Shown: positions 9,382-20,679 of the stretch, piece after piece | How positions within the stretch are numbered: the first letter of the stretch is position 1 | Layout: the number at the start of each line of letters is the position of its first letter | Assembly (NCBI GenBank): GCA_963668025.2 | Contig: CAXXTH010000017.1 | Span: 128,001-192,000 of the forward strand | Direction of reading: 5' to 3' | Length of the DNA: 64,000 nucleotides | Origin: Candidatus Hydrogenedentota bacterium | GTDB taxonomy: Bacteria; Hydrogenedentota; Hydrogenedentia; Hydrogenedentales; SLHB01 | Position numbers and translations under genes: made by a program | Notes under the pieces: model-generated | The model's input: the letters and a program-made list of their open reading frames with translations, nothing else | Told to the model about the DNA's origin: nothing | The model's database searches: none

Positions 9382-9873
9382 ATGCAGATGAAAGTCGAAT
9401 ATATTAATCCCTTTATCGAGAGTGTGGATGACTTATTTAATACCATGTTATCCGCAAAAGTTAAAAGGGGTAAAATTGGAGTCACGACAGGTTCCAACAA
9501 TCCGCGCGAGATTGTGGCTATTATTGGTTTGAGCGGCCCGGCCCGGGGAACCGTCGCACTTTCTTTTCCTACGGCGACGGCATTGAACCTAGTCAACCAG
9601 CTTTTGGGCCTTGATACGCATATCGTGGATGAGAGTGTTTCGGATGGCGTCGCGGAACTGGTGAATATCGTGGCGGGCAGCGCAAAAGCGAAATTGGTTT
9701 CAGACAACGCTGCTCCTATTGACCTCAGCTTGCCTACGGTGCTGCGAGGCAATGATTTTACAGTGGAATACCCGTCGCAATCCGTATGGCTGGAAGTGCC
9801 ATTTACAAGTGATTTAGGACCGTTCAGCCTAAGGGTGACGTTCGAGTTCAATAGTGCAAAATTGTCCATATAA
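9382..9873 (+). CDS. cheX: CheX-family CheY-P phosphatase
   Basis: EYINPFIES, IIGLSG, AELVNIVAG (ExxN), SLPTV. Confidence 0.9.
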   Translation: MQMKVEYINPFIESVDDLFNTMLSAKVKRGKIGVTTGSNNPREIVAIIGLSGPARGTVALSFPTATALNLVNQLLGLDTHIVDESVSDGVAELVNIVAGSAKAKLVSDNAAPIDLSLPTVLRGNDFTVEYPSQSVWLEVPFTSDLGPFSLRVTFEFNSAKLSI

Positions 9874-9897
9874 AGATGCAACAAGGAGAATATAGGC

Positions 9898-10257
9898 ATG
9901 AAAGCCCTCGTGGTCGATGATTCCGCTGTCATGCGCAAAGTGCTGATAGGAGCGCTTGCACGTGCTGGCATTACCGAAGTTGACCAAGCCGCGGACGGAC
10001 AAGAAGCCGTCGATAAATGCCAGGCCGATGAATATGGCTTGGTGTTGATGGACTGGAACATGCCGAATCTGCTTGGCATCGACGCGGTCAAAGCTATCCG
10101 CGCCAATGGGAAGACCATGCCTATCATCATGGTGACGACGGAAGCGGAGAAAAGCCGTGTCATAGAGGCCCTCAAAGGCGGCGCGAACAATTATATCATC
10201 AAGCCGTTCGAGCCGACCACGATAGTCTCGAAGATCCAGGATGTGTTGAATAAATAG
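9898..10257 (+). CDS. cheY: CheY-like response regulator
   Basis: VVDDS, MDWNMP, MVTTE, YIIKPF. Confidence 0.92.
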   Translation: MKALVVDDSAVMRKVLIGALARAGITEVDQAADGQEAVDKCQADEYGLVLMDWNMPNLLGIDAVKAIRANGKTMPIIMVTTEAEKSRVIEALKGGANNYIIKPFEPTTIVSKIQDVLNK

Positions 10258-10342
10258 TTTCATGTATGCGTGCGGGCGCATACGGCCTTGCCCGAAATCG
10301 GGCCATGAAGAAAATAGGCCCGCTCAAGCAAGGCTTTAAACG

Positions 10343-10828
10343 ATGGAATTATCCGAAGGAAACAGCTACTTCCTGGAACCGGGATTCATTTATTTTAGCC
10401 AGCGCCCTGCCACGGTGCGCACGGTAGTGGGCAGTTGTGTCGCCGTATGCCTATGGGATCGAGAACTCCGGTATGGAGGAATGAACCATTTTATCCGCCC
10501 GGTAACCCATGATCCGCAAGAGGCCACGCCGAAATATGGCAATGTAGCCGTGGCCGCCCTTGTCCGCATGATGGAGGACGCGGGCTGCTCGCGTGCGGAC
10601 ATCATCGCCCAAGTGCTGGGCGGCGGCGCGCCCCAGGGAGCCGGCGCCAATCATCTAGGCGCACAGAATGTGCAAGTAGCCCGTGAATTTCTTGGACGCA
10701 AAGGCATCAGTATTGTCGCCGAGGATGTGGGAGGCCATGTGGGCCGGAAAATCGCATTTGATACCGAAACGGGCCAGATTGCTGTTCTCAAGGTGCATCA
10801 ATTACGGGAAAGTGACTGGTTGATTTAG
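10343..10828 (+). CDS. cheD: CheD chemoreceptor glutamine deamidase (copy 1)
   Basis: LEPG, TVVGSCVAVCLWD, GGMNHF, EDVGG. Confidence 0.9.
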   Translation: MELSEGNSYFLEPGFIYFSQRPATVRTVVGSCVAVCLWDRELRYGGMNHFIRPVTHDPQEATPKYGNVAVAALVRMMEDAGCSRADIIAQVLGGGAPQGAGANHLGAQNVQVAREFLGRKGISIVAEDVGGHVGRKIAFDTETGQIAVLKVHQLRESDWLI

Positions 10829-10921
10829 GAGGACTCGAACGCTTACAAATAGAATGAGCTGTCGATTTGCATGGCGTGAGGCATCTAGTGGCGCTGGATA
10901 GGTTGGCGCAAATGGGGCGAT

Positions 10922-11731
10922 ATGAGCGGACTCAGCAAAGCAACATTCGACTCGTTCCGAAAGCTCGTGTATGAGAAAAGCGGGATTTCGTTAGGACCCC
11001 AAAAAGAAGCTCTTGTTTCCGCGCGCGTCGGCAAGCGCATGCGCGCTTTGCAAATCGAGCGGCACGATGAATATCTAAAATATGTCATGAATGACGAAAG
11101 CGGCCGCGAACTGGTCGAGATGCTTGACGCTATTTCAACCAATACCACGAGTTTTTTTCGGGAGCCGGAACATTTTACCTTGCTGTCGGAGCTGCTCGAG
11201 AAATGGCGGCAGCAGGGGCAGCACCGGTTCCGAGTCTGGTGCGCCGCGGCATCGAGCGGCGAAGAGCCGTATACCATCGCCATGACTCTCTGTGAGCATT
11301 TGGATCCGCGCACCCACGATATCAAGATCCTTGCGACGGACATCTCCACGCGCGTGCTTGAGCAATGCCGCGTGGGCGTATACACCAAAGACAAAATCCA
11401 GACCATCCCCCCCGCGCTCCGGGAACGCTTTTTTAGTTTTACCGGGGTCCATGAAACAGCGGAATTTACCGTGAAGGATTCTCTTAGGCGGCTTATTTCT
11501 TTCCGTCGCTTGAATCTTTCCCAGCCTCCTTTTCCAATGAAGGGGCCGTTCGATGTGATTATGTGCCGCAATGTCATGATCTATTTTGATAATCGCGTGC
11601 GTACGAATTTGATACGGGAAGCATATCGCTTGCTAAGGCCTGGCGGTTATCTTATGGTGGGGCATGCGGAAAGCCTTACAGGGATTGCCACCGAGTTTCG
11701 GACCATTTGTCCGTCTGTTTACGTGAAATAA
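10922..11731 (+). CDS. cheR: CheR chemoreceptor methyltransferase
   Basis: TNTTSFFRE, WCAAASSGEEPY, ATDIS, CRNVMIYF, GHAES. Confidence 0.95.
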   Translation: MSGLSKATFDSFRKLVYEKSGISLGPQKEALVSARVGKRMRALQIERHDEYLKYVMNDESGRELVEMLDAISTNTTSFFREPEHFTLLSELLEKWRQQGQHRFRVWCAAASSGEEPYTIAMTLCEHLDPRTHDIKILATDISTRVLEQCRVGVYTKDKIQTIPPALRERFFSFTGVHETAEFTVKDSLRRLISFRRLNLSQPPFPMKGPFDVIMCRNVMIYFDNRVRTNLIREAYRLLRPGGYLMVGHAESLTGIATEFRTICPSVYVK

Positions 11732-11816
11732 GTTGCATGGGCAGGAAAACATGCAAGGCCGGAATAGAGAATAGAACTAAAACCGCGCCAGCAATATGCC
11801 CTGAAGGAGTTACCTA

Positions 11817-12293
11817 GTGAATCATACGGTCGGGATTTCGGAGATGAAGGTTTCCAATCAGCCCGGCGACGTTATCGTTACCTATTCGCTGGGTTCCTGT
11901 GTCGGGCTGGTGCTTTACGACCCCATCATACGGGTGGGCGGAATGATCCATTGCATGCTGCCGCTTTCCCGAATAGATCCCGACAAAGCACGGGCAAACC
12001 CCTATATGTTTACGGACACCGGCGTGCCGGCGCTCTTGCAAGCCATTTTGGATTTGGGCGCCAGCCGGAAAAGGCTCATCGCCAAAGTGGCGGGCGCGGC
12101 CGCGCCGCTAAATGATAATAGTGTGTTTAAGATAGGCGAACGCAATTACGTCGTGCTTCGCAAAGTGCTTTGGAAAAATGATATCCTGATTTCTTCCGAA
12201 TCGGTGGGAGGAACAATAGCCCGGACGTTATATCTGTATATCGAGAACGGAAGGACGCTTGTCAAGTCTTCTGGCCAGGAGACAGAATTGTGA
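11817..12293 (+). CDS. cheD: CheD (copy 2)
   Basis: VGISEMKV, YSLGSCVG, GGMIHCMLP, IGERN, SVGG. Confidence 0.9.
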   Translation: MNHTVGISEMKVSNQPGDVIVTYSLGSCVGLVLYDPIIRVGGMIHCMLPLSRIDPDKARANPYMFTDTGVPALLQAILDLGASRKRLIAKVAGAAAPLNDNSVFKIGERNYVVLRKVLWKNDILISSESVGGTIARTLYLYIENGRTLVKSSGQETEL

Positions 12294-13150
12294 CACGAAG
12301 GGACGAGATCTTGGAGCGAGTGAAAAGCGTGCCTGTGCTGCCTGCCAGCGCGGTGCGAATCATGGAACTCGCCAGTGATCTTGATACGCCCATCAACGAA
12401 CTCCGCATCGCTATCGAGTTTGATCCCGGGCTTACCTCGAACGTATTGCGCCTAGCCAATTCGGCGTATTACCGGGGAGCGGGCGAGATCAGCACCATTC
12501 GAGATGCGGTGGTGCGGCTCGGGGCAAAATCCATCGTTCAAATGGTGCTGGCGTCGGCCATCGAGCCGCTTGCGCGCCAGCCCATACGAGGGTATGGATT
12601 GCCGGCGGGCGCATTATTGGATAATGCGGCTGCCGTTGCGATTGCCGTGGAAGAGTTCGCCCAAAAATTACAGATAGAGGCGCCGCCTTATGCCTTTACC
12701 GCAGGGCTTCTCCACGATTTGGGCAAGATTGTGATGGGCACGTTTCTCGAGCTGGATGCCGGCCCGATTCTGCAACTGGCTTTTGAGGAAGGCCTGTCAT
12801 TCGATATGGCGGAACAGCGTGTTCTGGGCGTTGACCATGCGGAAGTAGGCGCGGTGTTGCTGGAAGGATGGAATGTGCCCAAGGCGATTTGTGAGACGGT
12901 GCGATGGCATCATGAACCTGGAGGTTATACGCAAGAAGACACCCGTGCTGTCGATTTGGTCCACGTGGCGGATATCGCTGGGCGCTTAGCTGGCTTTGGC
13001 GTAGGTTCTGACGGATTGAATTATGCGCCATCCATTCGAGTGCTCCGTCGGCTGCGTATTACAACCCAGATAACGGAAGAAGTGGTAAGCCAAGTATTAA
13101 TTGAGATGAAACGTCTGGAGCCTATTCTAGACAGAACGCCTGGAGAATAA
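12290..13150 (+). CDS. HDOD-domain protein
   Basis: DPGLTSNVLRLANSAYY, AGLLHDLGK, DHAEVG, RWHH. Confidence 0.9.
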   Translation: MTRRDEILERVKSVPVLPASAVRIMELASDLDTPINELRIAIEFDPGLTSNVLRLANSAYYRGAGEISTIRDAVVRLGAKSIVQMVLASAIEPLARQPIRGYGLPAGALLDNAAAVAIAVEEFAQKLQIEAPPYAFTAGLLHDLGKIVMGTFLELDAGPILQLAFEEGLSFDMAEQRVLGVDHAEVGAVLLEGWNVPKAICETVRWHHEPGGYTQEDTRAVDLVHVADIAGRLAGFGVGSDGLNYAPSIRVLRRLRITTQITEEVVSQVLIEMKRLEPILDRTPGE

Positions 13151-13154
13151 GACA

Positions 13155-13532
13155 ATGGCCTTGAATATACTAATTGTGGACGACTCGGAAACGGTTCGCG
13201 AGATCATCGCAAAAACGCTATCCTTGGCTCAAGTGCCCATTTCCGAGATTTTTATGGCGGCGAATGGGAAAGAAGCGTTGGAAGTCCTTGGCGCAAATTG
13301 GGTGGATCTCGTCTTTTCGGATATCAACATGCCCGTGATGAATGGCGTGGAGATGATTGAAAAAATGCATGAGGATGAGCTCATGCAGTCTATTCCCGTG
13401 ATTGTGATCTCCACGGAAGGGAGCGCCACCCGCATTGACCAATTGAAGACCAAAGGCGTGCGCGCCTATATCCGGAAGCCTTTCACTCCGGAATTGATCC
13501 GCAAGGTGGTTGATGAAGTGATAGGAGTGTGA
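13155..13532 (+). CDS. Single-domain response regulator (CheY-like)
   Basis: IVDDS, SDINMP, ISTE, RKPF. Confidence 0.9.
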   Translation: MALNILIVDDSETVREIIAKTLSLAQVPISEIFMAANGKEALEVLGANWVDLVFSDINMPVMNGVEMIEKMHEDELMQSIPVIVISTEGSATRIDQLKTKGVRAYIRKPFTPELIRKVVDEVIGV

Positions 13533-13536
13533 TGTT

Positions 13537-13995
13537 GTGAGCGACGAACAACGGCAAACCATGCTGGAAACATTTTTCGAGGTTATCGAGCAAATGGCTT
13601 TCATGTTCGGCGAAGCGGCTGAAATCTCGGATTTGCCGGGCAACATCGAGAATGGCGTGCGCGCCTCCATGAGTTTCAAAGGGCCTTTCTCTGGCGATAT
13701 CAAACTAGCAGTGCCTGCCGGTATTTGCCCTGTCATAGCGGAGAATATGCTGGGAGTAGAACCTGGCGACGAACGGGTCATGGATAAAGCGCGCGACGCC
13801 CTCAAAGAGGTGTTAAACGTGACATGCGGCGGCTTGCTTACCCGCATCGCAGGCGAAACGCCCGTTTTCGACCTCACCGTTCCGGAAATAGCGGATATCG
13901 GCAGAGAGCAATGGTTCGAAATGGCCCAATCCTATACGGTGGTAGCGGGAATCGTGGAAGATTTTCCTGTTCTGCTCGAGCTAAAGATCTGGTGA
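13537..13995 (+). CDS. CheX/CheC-like phosphatase (copy 2)
   Basis: FKGPFSG, AENMLG, DALKEVLNVTCG (ExxN), LTVP. Confidence 0.8.
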   Translation: MSDEQRQTMLETFFEVIEQMAFMFGEAAEISDLPGNIENGVRASMSFKGPFSGDIKLAVPAGICPVIAENMLGVEPGDERVMDKARDALKEVLNVTCGGLLTRIAGETPVFDLTVPEIADIGREQWFEMAQSYTVVAGIVEDFPVLLELKIW

Positions 13996-14020
13996 CTATA
14001 GTAACATGTATAATATATAA

Positions 14021-15139
<1,119 letters not shown>

Positions 15140-15155
15140 GATTTGCCGGAGCCAT

Positions 15156-17789
15156 CTATAAACGTGGGTCTACGGGTTCGCTTTCAAGGGCCAGCACGCC
15201 AAAGACACATTCATGCACACGGCGCAATGGCTCATGGCGTACGAAACGCTCCAGCGCCTCGATGCCTAGCGCAAACTCATTCAAGGCCAGAGTCCGTTTT
15301 ATGCCAAGCCGGCGCGCGCGCAAGCGTTCCATATGAGCAGCGTTAGTATACTCAGGGCCATAGATGATACGCAGATATTCCCGCCCGCGCACTTTGATGG
15401 CCGGTTGTATGAGGCCTTTTTTGCCCCGCTGGATGAAATCAAATGGCTTTACCACCATGCCTTCGCCGCCGTTTGATGTGAGTTCTTCCCACCACTGTAT
15501 ACCTATCGTTTCGCTTTTAGGCTCTGTAACATCGATAGTTTGGAAGGGGGTGGCCAGTAACATTTCTGTATCTTCTTGGCATATTTTTGCCAATGTTTCC
15601 ATGTGCTGGACATGGTTCATGCCTGAATGAACCGCGCCTTCCGTGGCGAGGAGATGAAAAGGCGCGAGTTTCATATCCTGAATGGAATGCACAGGCCAAC
15701 AATATCTGCGATACGCATCCACATATCGTTCGATTGTATCCGCGCGCGCCTCATAACGAGCCAAAAGCTGGCGCACATCGGCAGGCTGCGCGGTAGTGTG
15801 GGGCGGAGTTTCAAAATGAGCGGTGACATCCGGACGAACGGCGGCCGCTTGCAGAGCAGATATCGCCCCATCGAATCCTAAGCGCCCTGCTGTGCCAACA
15901 GCGGCGTATTGGCTACGCAATAGATCATGCGCTTTTGCCGACCACGGCATGAGTTCACAGTCCAATATTGCCCAGTTGGTTTTGTACGCCTCCCATAATC
16001 CAGAAGCGTCCATGGCGGCGCGCAAGCGCGACAATAATTCGGTTTCCTGTGCGTTTTCAGCAAAAAAACGCCGTCCTGTTCGGGTATACACTACCCCCGC
16101 ACCTTCGTCGATGATGCCAAAACGTGTCCTTGCCGTGTCTTCATCCCGGCAGATTGCCACCACGGCTCGAGATCCCATATGCTTTACTTCGCACACCACC
16201 TTGGGCACGCCCGCCGAACGGAAATACGCAAAAGCTTGAGATGGGTGTTCAAGATACTCACCCGCTGGCGCTGTTTCGCACGGCGACATCGTTGGAGGCA
16301 AATAGGTGAGCCATTTCGGATTAATGGCAAACCGGCTCATCACTTCAAGAGCAGCCGTGGCATTTTCTTCGCGCACCATGATGCTGCCACGCAATCGTGT
16401 GGTTATGATGCGCTTGCCTAGTACATCACATATATCTAGAAGTTCATCACTGGCTTGTTGCATGCTTAGGGGAGAAGCTTCCCCTTCCGGTAGAAATGGT
16501 TTTGCTGGTTCTTGATATATTCGTTCCGCGGGAACCGAGACGAATTCCATCTCAGGATATCGCAAAGCGGTCAGTTTTCCACCAAAAACGCAGCCGGTGT
16601 CGACATTTACAGTACGATTCACCCATTCCGGTTCGGGTATGGGTGTGTGGCCATACACTACCCGTGCCTCTCCACGGTATTCCGCTGCCCAATCGCAGCG
16701 TACGGGCAAGCCGAAGACATCTGTTTCTCCGGTGGTTTCGCCATAGAGGGCAAAATCGCGCACTTTCCCCGAACCACGCCCTTGCATATTGGCTTTCATG
16801 CCCGCATGGGCCACGACTAGCTTGCCGTCATCAAGCACATAGTGGCTCACGAGACTATCGAGAAATGCGGCTAAATCTGCTTGGAAAGGCGGCCTCACCT
16901 CCGGCGGTTCCGAATCCAGTTCCGCGAGGCTGCACTCGAGTCCATGCGTTACCTGCACTTTTTTACCGCGCAGTCTACGCAGCAGTTTCATATCATGATT
17001 GCCAGGCACGCACAAGGCGTTTCCTGTCTTTATCATGTTGCGTACGAGACGAATGGCGGCTAGGATTCCTGGACCACGATCCACTATGTCTCCGAGAAAA
17101 ACCGCCTTGCGGCCCTCTGGATGGGTAAAGTAGCGGCTTTCCCATATTGGTTCGGGCGAATCCATCTCTTGAGGCGCATATCCGAGCGTAGTAAGCAAGG
17201 TCTCCAGTTCGTGGATGCAGCCATGCACATCGCCAATAATATCGAAAGGGCCATGATCACCGCGCCGGTCATTCCACAGCGGCACCCGCTCGATAACTAA
17301 CGAATGCAACTCTTCAGGCGAGTTAAACGTGAATACATGCCGGAGACCTTCCCGGGTAAGATTCCTTTTGGAGCGGCGAAGTTGCGCACACTGTTGTCTA
17401 ATCACATGAGGGCCAAAATCCCGGTCCGCCCGTGTTTTATTACGTTCTTGGCATAAGGTCTCTGGTAAATCAAACACGATAGCTACGGGAAGGCAATGGT
17501 ATTCCCGTGCGATCTCGATGAGGGCCGTACGAGATTCATGCTGCACATTGGTAGCATCCACTACCGTGAAACGTCCAAGCGCAAGACGCCTGCGTAAAAT
17601 CTCATGAAGCAGTGAAAACGCTTCTTTTGAAACCGATTGATCATTTTCATCATCGCATACAAGCCCCCGGCAGAAGTCAGAAGATACTACTTCCGTAGGG
17701 AGAAAATGGCGTTTCGCAAAGGTGGATTTGCCCGAACCGGATGCTCCAATCAAGAGCACAAGGCTTAGTTTTGGTATCTGGATTTTCAT
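15156..17789 (-). CDS. pnkp: Bacterial Pnkp (polynucleotide kinase-phosphatase-ligase)
   Basis: GASGSGKST kinase; GDVHG/GDIVDRG/GNHD phosphatase; EVKHMGSR, EGMVVKP and KVRGREYLRIIYG ligase motifs; ends ESEPVDPRL. Confidence 0.95.
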   Translation of the reverse strand: MKIQIPKLSLVLLIGASGSGKSTFAKRHFLPTEVVSSDFCRGLVCDDENDQSVSKEAFSLLHEILRRRLALGRFTVVDATNVQHESRTALIEIAREYHCLPVAIVFDLPETLCQERNKTRADRDFGPHVIRQQCAQLRRSKRNLTREGLRHVFTFNSPEELHSLVIERVPLWNDRRGDHGPFDIIGDVHGCIHELETLLTTLGYAPQEMDSPEPIWESRYFTHPEGRKAVFLGDIVDRGPGILAAIRLVRNMIKTGNALCVPGNHDMKLLRRLRGKKVQVTHGLECSLAELDSEPPEVRPPFQADLAAFLDSLVSHYVLDDGKLVVAHAGMKANMQGRGSGKVRDFALYGETTGETDVFGLPVRCDWAAEYRGEARVVYGHTPIPEPEWVNRTVNVDTGCVFGGKLTALRYPEMEFVSVPAERIYQEPAKPFLPEGEASPLSMQQASDELLDICDVLGKRIITTRLRGSIMVREENATAALEVMSRFAINPKWLTYLPPTMSPCETAPAGEYLEHPSQAFAYFRSAGVPKVVCEVKHMGSRAVVAICRDEDTARTRFGIIDEGAGVVYTRTGRRFFAENAQETELLSRLRAAMDASGLWEAYKTNWAILDCELMPWSAKAHDLLRSQYAAVGTAGRLGFDGAISALQAAAVRPDVTAHFETPPHTTAQPADVRQLLARYEARADTIERYVDAYRRYCWPVHSIQDMKLAPFHLLATEGAVHSGMNHVQHMETLAKICQEDTEMLLATPFQTIDVTEPKSETIGIQWWEELTSNGGEGMVVKPFDFIQRGKKGLIQPAIKVRGREYLRIIYGPEYTNAAHMERLRARRLGIKRTLALNEFALGIEALERFVRHEPLRRVHECVFGVLALESEPVDPRL

Positions 17790-19162
17790 CGGGTGAAGAC
17801 TCCCATCTGCGATGGCGAGCCTACTTCTGAATCTTCCGGTCCAATGCCGAGAAAACGCACTTGATATCCATGCCTTTCGGCGGCGTTATGCGCCCAAGCC
17901 TGAAATTCCGGACGTGTCCATTCAAATCGATGGTCGCCGTGCCGTAGTTTTTTCGTCCCGACTTGCTCCCATTGTACATTGTACTCCCGGTTTGGAGTGG
18001 TCACGACGGCCATACGCGGTTTTATGCAGGTGAACAATACCCGTTCGAATGAATGGAGGCGTTCCAAATCTAGATGCTCAATCACTTCTACGGCAGTAAC
18101 GGCCTCAAATCCCTCCAAGCGTTTGTCCCGGTAGGTTAATGAGCCATGGAGCAGAGAAAGCCTGGCGCGTTGTGGCTCCGGCATGCGGTCTAGATGCAGC
18201 CGCAGTTTTGCCAGTTCAAGCGCGCGTATAGACACATCCATGCCCATAATTTCATCAAACTGGGGATCGTTGAGCAGCATAGCCAACAACCGGCCTTCTC
18301 CACAGCCGATATCCAAGACACGACGCGCCCCACTCGAACGAATCACCGCCAGAACAGAGCCTAAACGCATGTCGTTTAAACTCTGTTCATGTTCCAGCGT
18401 TATAGATTCCGTTTCCTCTTGGGGGGCCTCTTCTTGCACCAGCCGCTCCAGGGCTTCCCGCGCCAAGCTCCTCTGGAATTTGAGATAACGCCGCGTGATG
18501 AATGCACGCTCAGGATGAGAAGCCAGCCACCCATCACCCTTGCGTAAAAGTTTCTCGATCTCGTCTTCCTCTATATAATAATGCTTGAAATTATCCAACA
18601 CAGGAATCAACACATATAGATGCGCCAGCAGCTCACGAAGCGTAATCTGGTTTTCCAGCTCCAAGGTGTAATAGGGCCCTTCACCCCACTCCGGGAAACG
18701 GGAATCAAGCAAATGGCGCTCTACTCGCACGGTATATCCTAGCGGTTCAAAAAGTTTATACAATACCATTTCACCGCCGCGAACGGGAAGAGAAGCAAGT
18801 TTGACTGTGAAAGGAAGCGCTTGCAAAGGCAATTCCGGCCGTTCCGCACATTTGCCATGGAAGGCGGAACTGAACACTTTGCCCATGGCTACGCTAAGGA
18901 AAGATGATGCCGAATATGGGCGGTCATTGACATATTGGTCCAGCAGCCCGGCGTTTCGGGAGCCCTGTTTACCCCGGACTATAGCGATAGGATCCACATC
19001 CAGCAGCAGCGCCACAGTACATCGCTCTTTCGATGCTTCCGGGTAAAAAACATACGCCTTCCCGAAGCTCATCTCGAATGACTGGCATCGCGCGGGATTT
19101 TTATGAACCAGGTATCCCAGATCTGTAGCGGGATCATGCGTGGTTGTAATAGCCAGCAGCAT
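17786..19162 (-). CDS. hen1: Hen1 3'-terminal RNA ribose 2'-O-methyltransferase
   Basis: MLLAITTT..ATDLGYLVHKNP, YVNDRPY, LDIGCGEG, EVIEH, TTPNREYN, RHGDHRFEW; 4-bp overlap with pnkp. Confidence 0.95.
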   Translation of the reverse strand: MLLAITTTHDPATDLGYLVHKNPARCQSFEMSFGKAYVFYPEASKERCTVALLLDVDPIAIVRGKQGSRNAGLLDQYVNDRPYSASSFLSVAMGKVFSSAFHGKCAERPELPLQALPFTVKLASLPVRGGEMVLYKLFEPLGYTVRVERHLLDSRFPEWGEGPYYTLELENQITLRELLAHLYVLIPVLDNFKHYYIEEDEIEKLLRKGDGWLASHPERAFITRRYLKFQRSLAREALERLVQEEAPQEETESITLEHEQSLNDMRLGSVLAVIRSSGARRVLDIGCGEGRLLAMLLNDPQFDEIMGMDVSIRALELAKLRLHLDRMPEPQRARLSLLHGSLTYRDKRLEGFEAVTAVEVIEHLDLERLHSFERVLFTCIKPRMAVVTTPNREYNVQWEQVGTKKLRHGDHRFEWTRPEFQAWAHNAAERHGYQVRFLGIGPEDSEVGSPSQMGVFTR

Positions 19163-19325
19163 GTTGGCTCCTCTCCTGCCGCTTCCAATGGCGGAATGCC
19201 CTTCCCTGCCTATACTGGCGGGCATGCATACCAAGGCGTCGGCAGTAAAGCATTATGGCCGGAAAGTAATCTAAACATAGAAAGGGCGTTCACAGTAATC
19301 TGTGAACGCCCATGATACGGAATTG

Positions 19326-20666
19326 TTACCGCGCCTGCAAATTCTTTGCAGTGGCGATGGAGCCGATGCGCTTGCCGAGTCCCAGTTCGTAGTTTTTGAT
19401 GTTGCTGATTTTACCGGTGCGGCGTTCGCGTTCGGCGATCCAAGCGTTCATGCGTTCGCGCATGAGGTTCACCACGCCCGGTTCTTTGCTGGCCAGGTTA
19501 ACCGATTCTTGGGGATCTTCGACAAGGTTGTAGAGTTCCACGGGCGGCTTGCCGTGGAAATCGGGCTCCATGGCTTCCCAGAATTTCCAGATGGGCGTGC
19601 GCCATCCCTGTTTACGCATCCAAGTGCATTCGCTGATATAGAACTCCGAGCGAGGCGTGCCTGAAACGCCCGTAAAATAAGGCTTCAAAGATACGCCGTC
19701 GGTTTTGATCCCCTTGGCGAAGGAACGCAGGCCGCAGGCATCGAGTATGGTCGGCATGAGGTCTTCATGCAGCGTATACGCGTCGCTGCGGACGCCCGCT
19801 TTGATTTTTCCTGGCCAATAGTAAATCAGCGGCACGACGAGCGTGGGCTCGTAGAGGCCATGGTGGTCGAAGTAACACTCATGATCGTTTAGCGTCTCGC
19901 CGTGATCGCCGGTGATGACAATGAGGGTGTCTTCGGCGATGCCCAGTTCCTCGATGCGCGTGAAGATGTGCTGGATGCAAGCATCCATGTAGGCCAGTCC
20001 GCCGTCATACAACGCGATGATGGCTTCGATATCCCGAATGCCAGGCGGCATCCATGACTTGAAGAACTCCGCAAACGGCGCGAAGTCAAACACTTTTTTC
20101 ATGGTGTCCACTTCATCCCGGCAGGGATCTTTCGCATAGAAGAGCTGGTCATACGGCGCGGGAGGAAGGTAAGGTGAATGCGGGTCCATATGGCGCAAAA
20201 AGAGCAAGAAGGGCTTTTCACTGGATGCCATCCGCTCGAGTGCTGGCAGCGCCACCGCATTTAAGTTCTCCGCCTTGCGCAAGGGCCGGTCTTCCCAAGC
20301 GCCCCAGCCCTCGAAGTTCTGGTATTCGTCGAATCCCCGGTAGAATTCGCCTCCAAAGCCCACGCACGTGGACACGTAGCCCGCCGTGCGGAGCACATCC
20401 GGCAAGGTCGTGATGTCATCCGGCAGGGGGCCTTTGGGAGACAAGGACGGCATTTGGGTGTTGATGACATCGCAGCCCGTGAGGATGGTCGAATAAGCGG
20501 GCGTCGTAGGGATGTAAGGACTGAAGGAGTTCTCGAACAGGACGCCGCGTGAGGCCAGCCGGTCCATGTAGGGCGTGGTCAGCCGCGGATACCCATAACA
20601 GCTCATGTGGTCGCGGCGGATGCTGTCGATAGCAAAAATAACAATATTGGGATGTCGCTTGGCCAT
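19326..20666 (-). CDS. Sulfatase-family (alkaline phosphatase superfamily) hydrolase
   Basis: PNIVIFAIDSIRRDH, TTPAYSTILTG, DPHSPY, GDHGE, ELYNLVEDPQE. Confidence 0.85.
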   Translation of the reverse strand: MAKRHPNIVIFAIDSIRRDHMSCYGYPRLTTPYMDRLASRGVLFENSFSPYIPTTPAYSTILTGCDVINTQMPSLSPKGPLPDDITTLPDVLRTAGYVSTCVGFGGEFYRGFDEYQNFEGWGAWEDRPLRKAENLNAVALPALERMASSEKPFLLFLRHMDPHSPYLPPAPYDQLFYAKDPCRDEVDTMKKVFDFAPFAEFFKSWMPPGIRDIEAIIALYDGGLAYMDACIQHIFTRIEELGIAEDTLIVITGDHGETLNDHECYFDHHGLYEPTLVVPLIYYWPGKIKAGVRSDAYTLHEDLMPTILDACGLRSFAKGIKTDGVSLKPYFTGVSGTPRSEFYISECTWMRKQGWRTPIWKFWEAMEPDFHGKPPVELYNLVEDPQESVNLASKEPGVVNLMRERMNAWIAERERRTGKISNIKNYELGLGKRIGSIATAKNLQAR

Positions 20667-20679
20667 GATGGCGTTCCTT

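Noticed and set aside
9213-10190. 325-aa minus-strand ORF
   Set aside because: Antisense shadow of cheX-cheY with no motifs; the same applies to the many other antisense ORFs in this GC-rich DNA.
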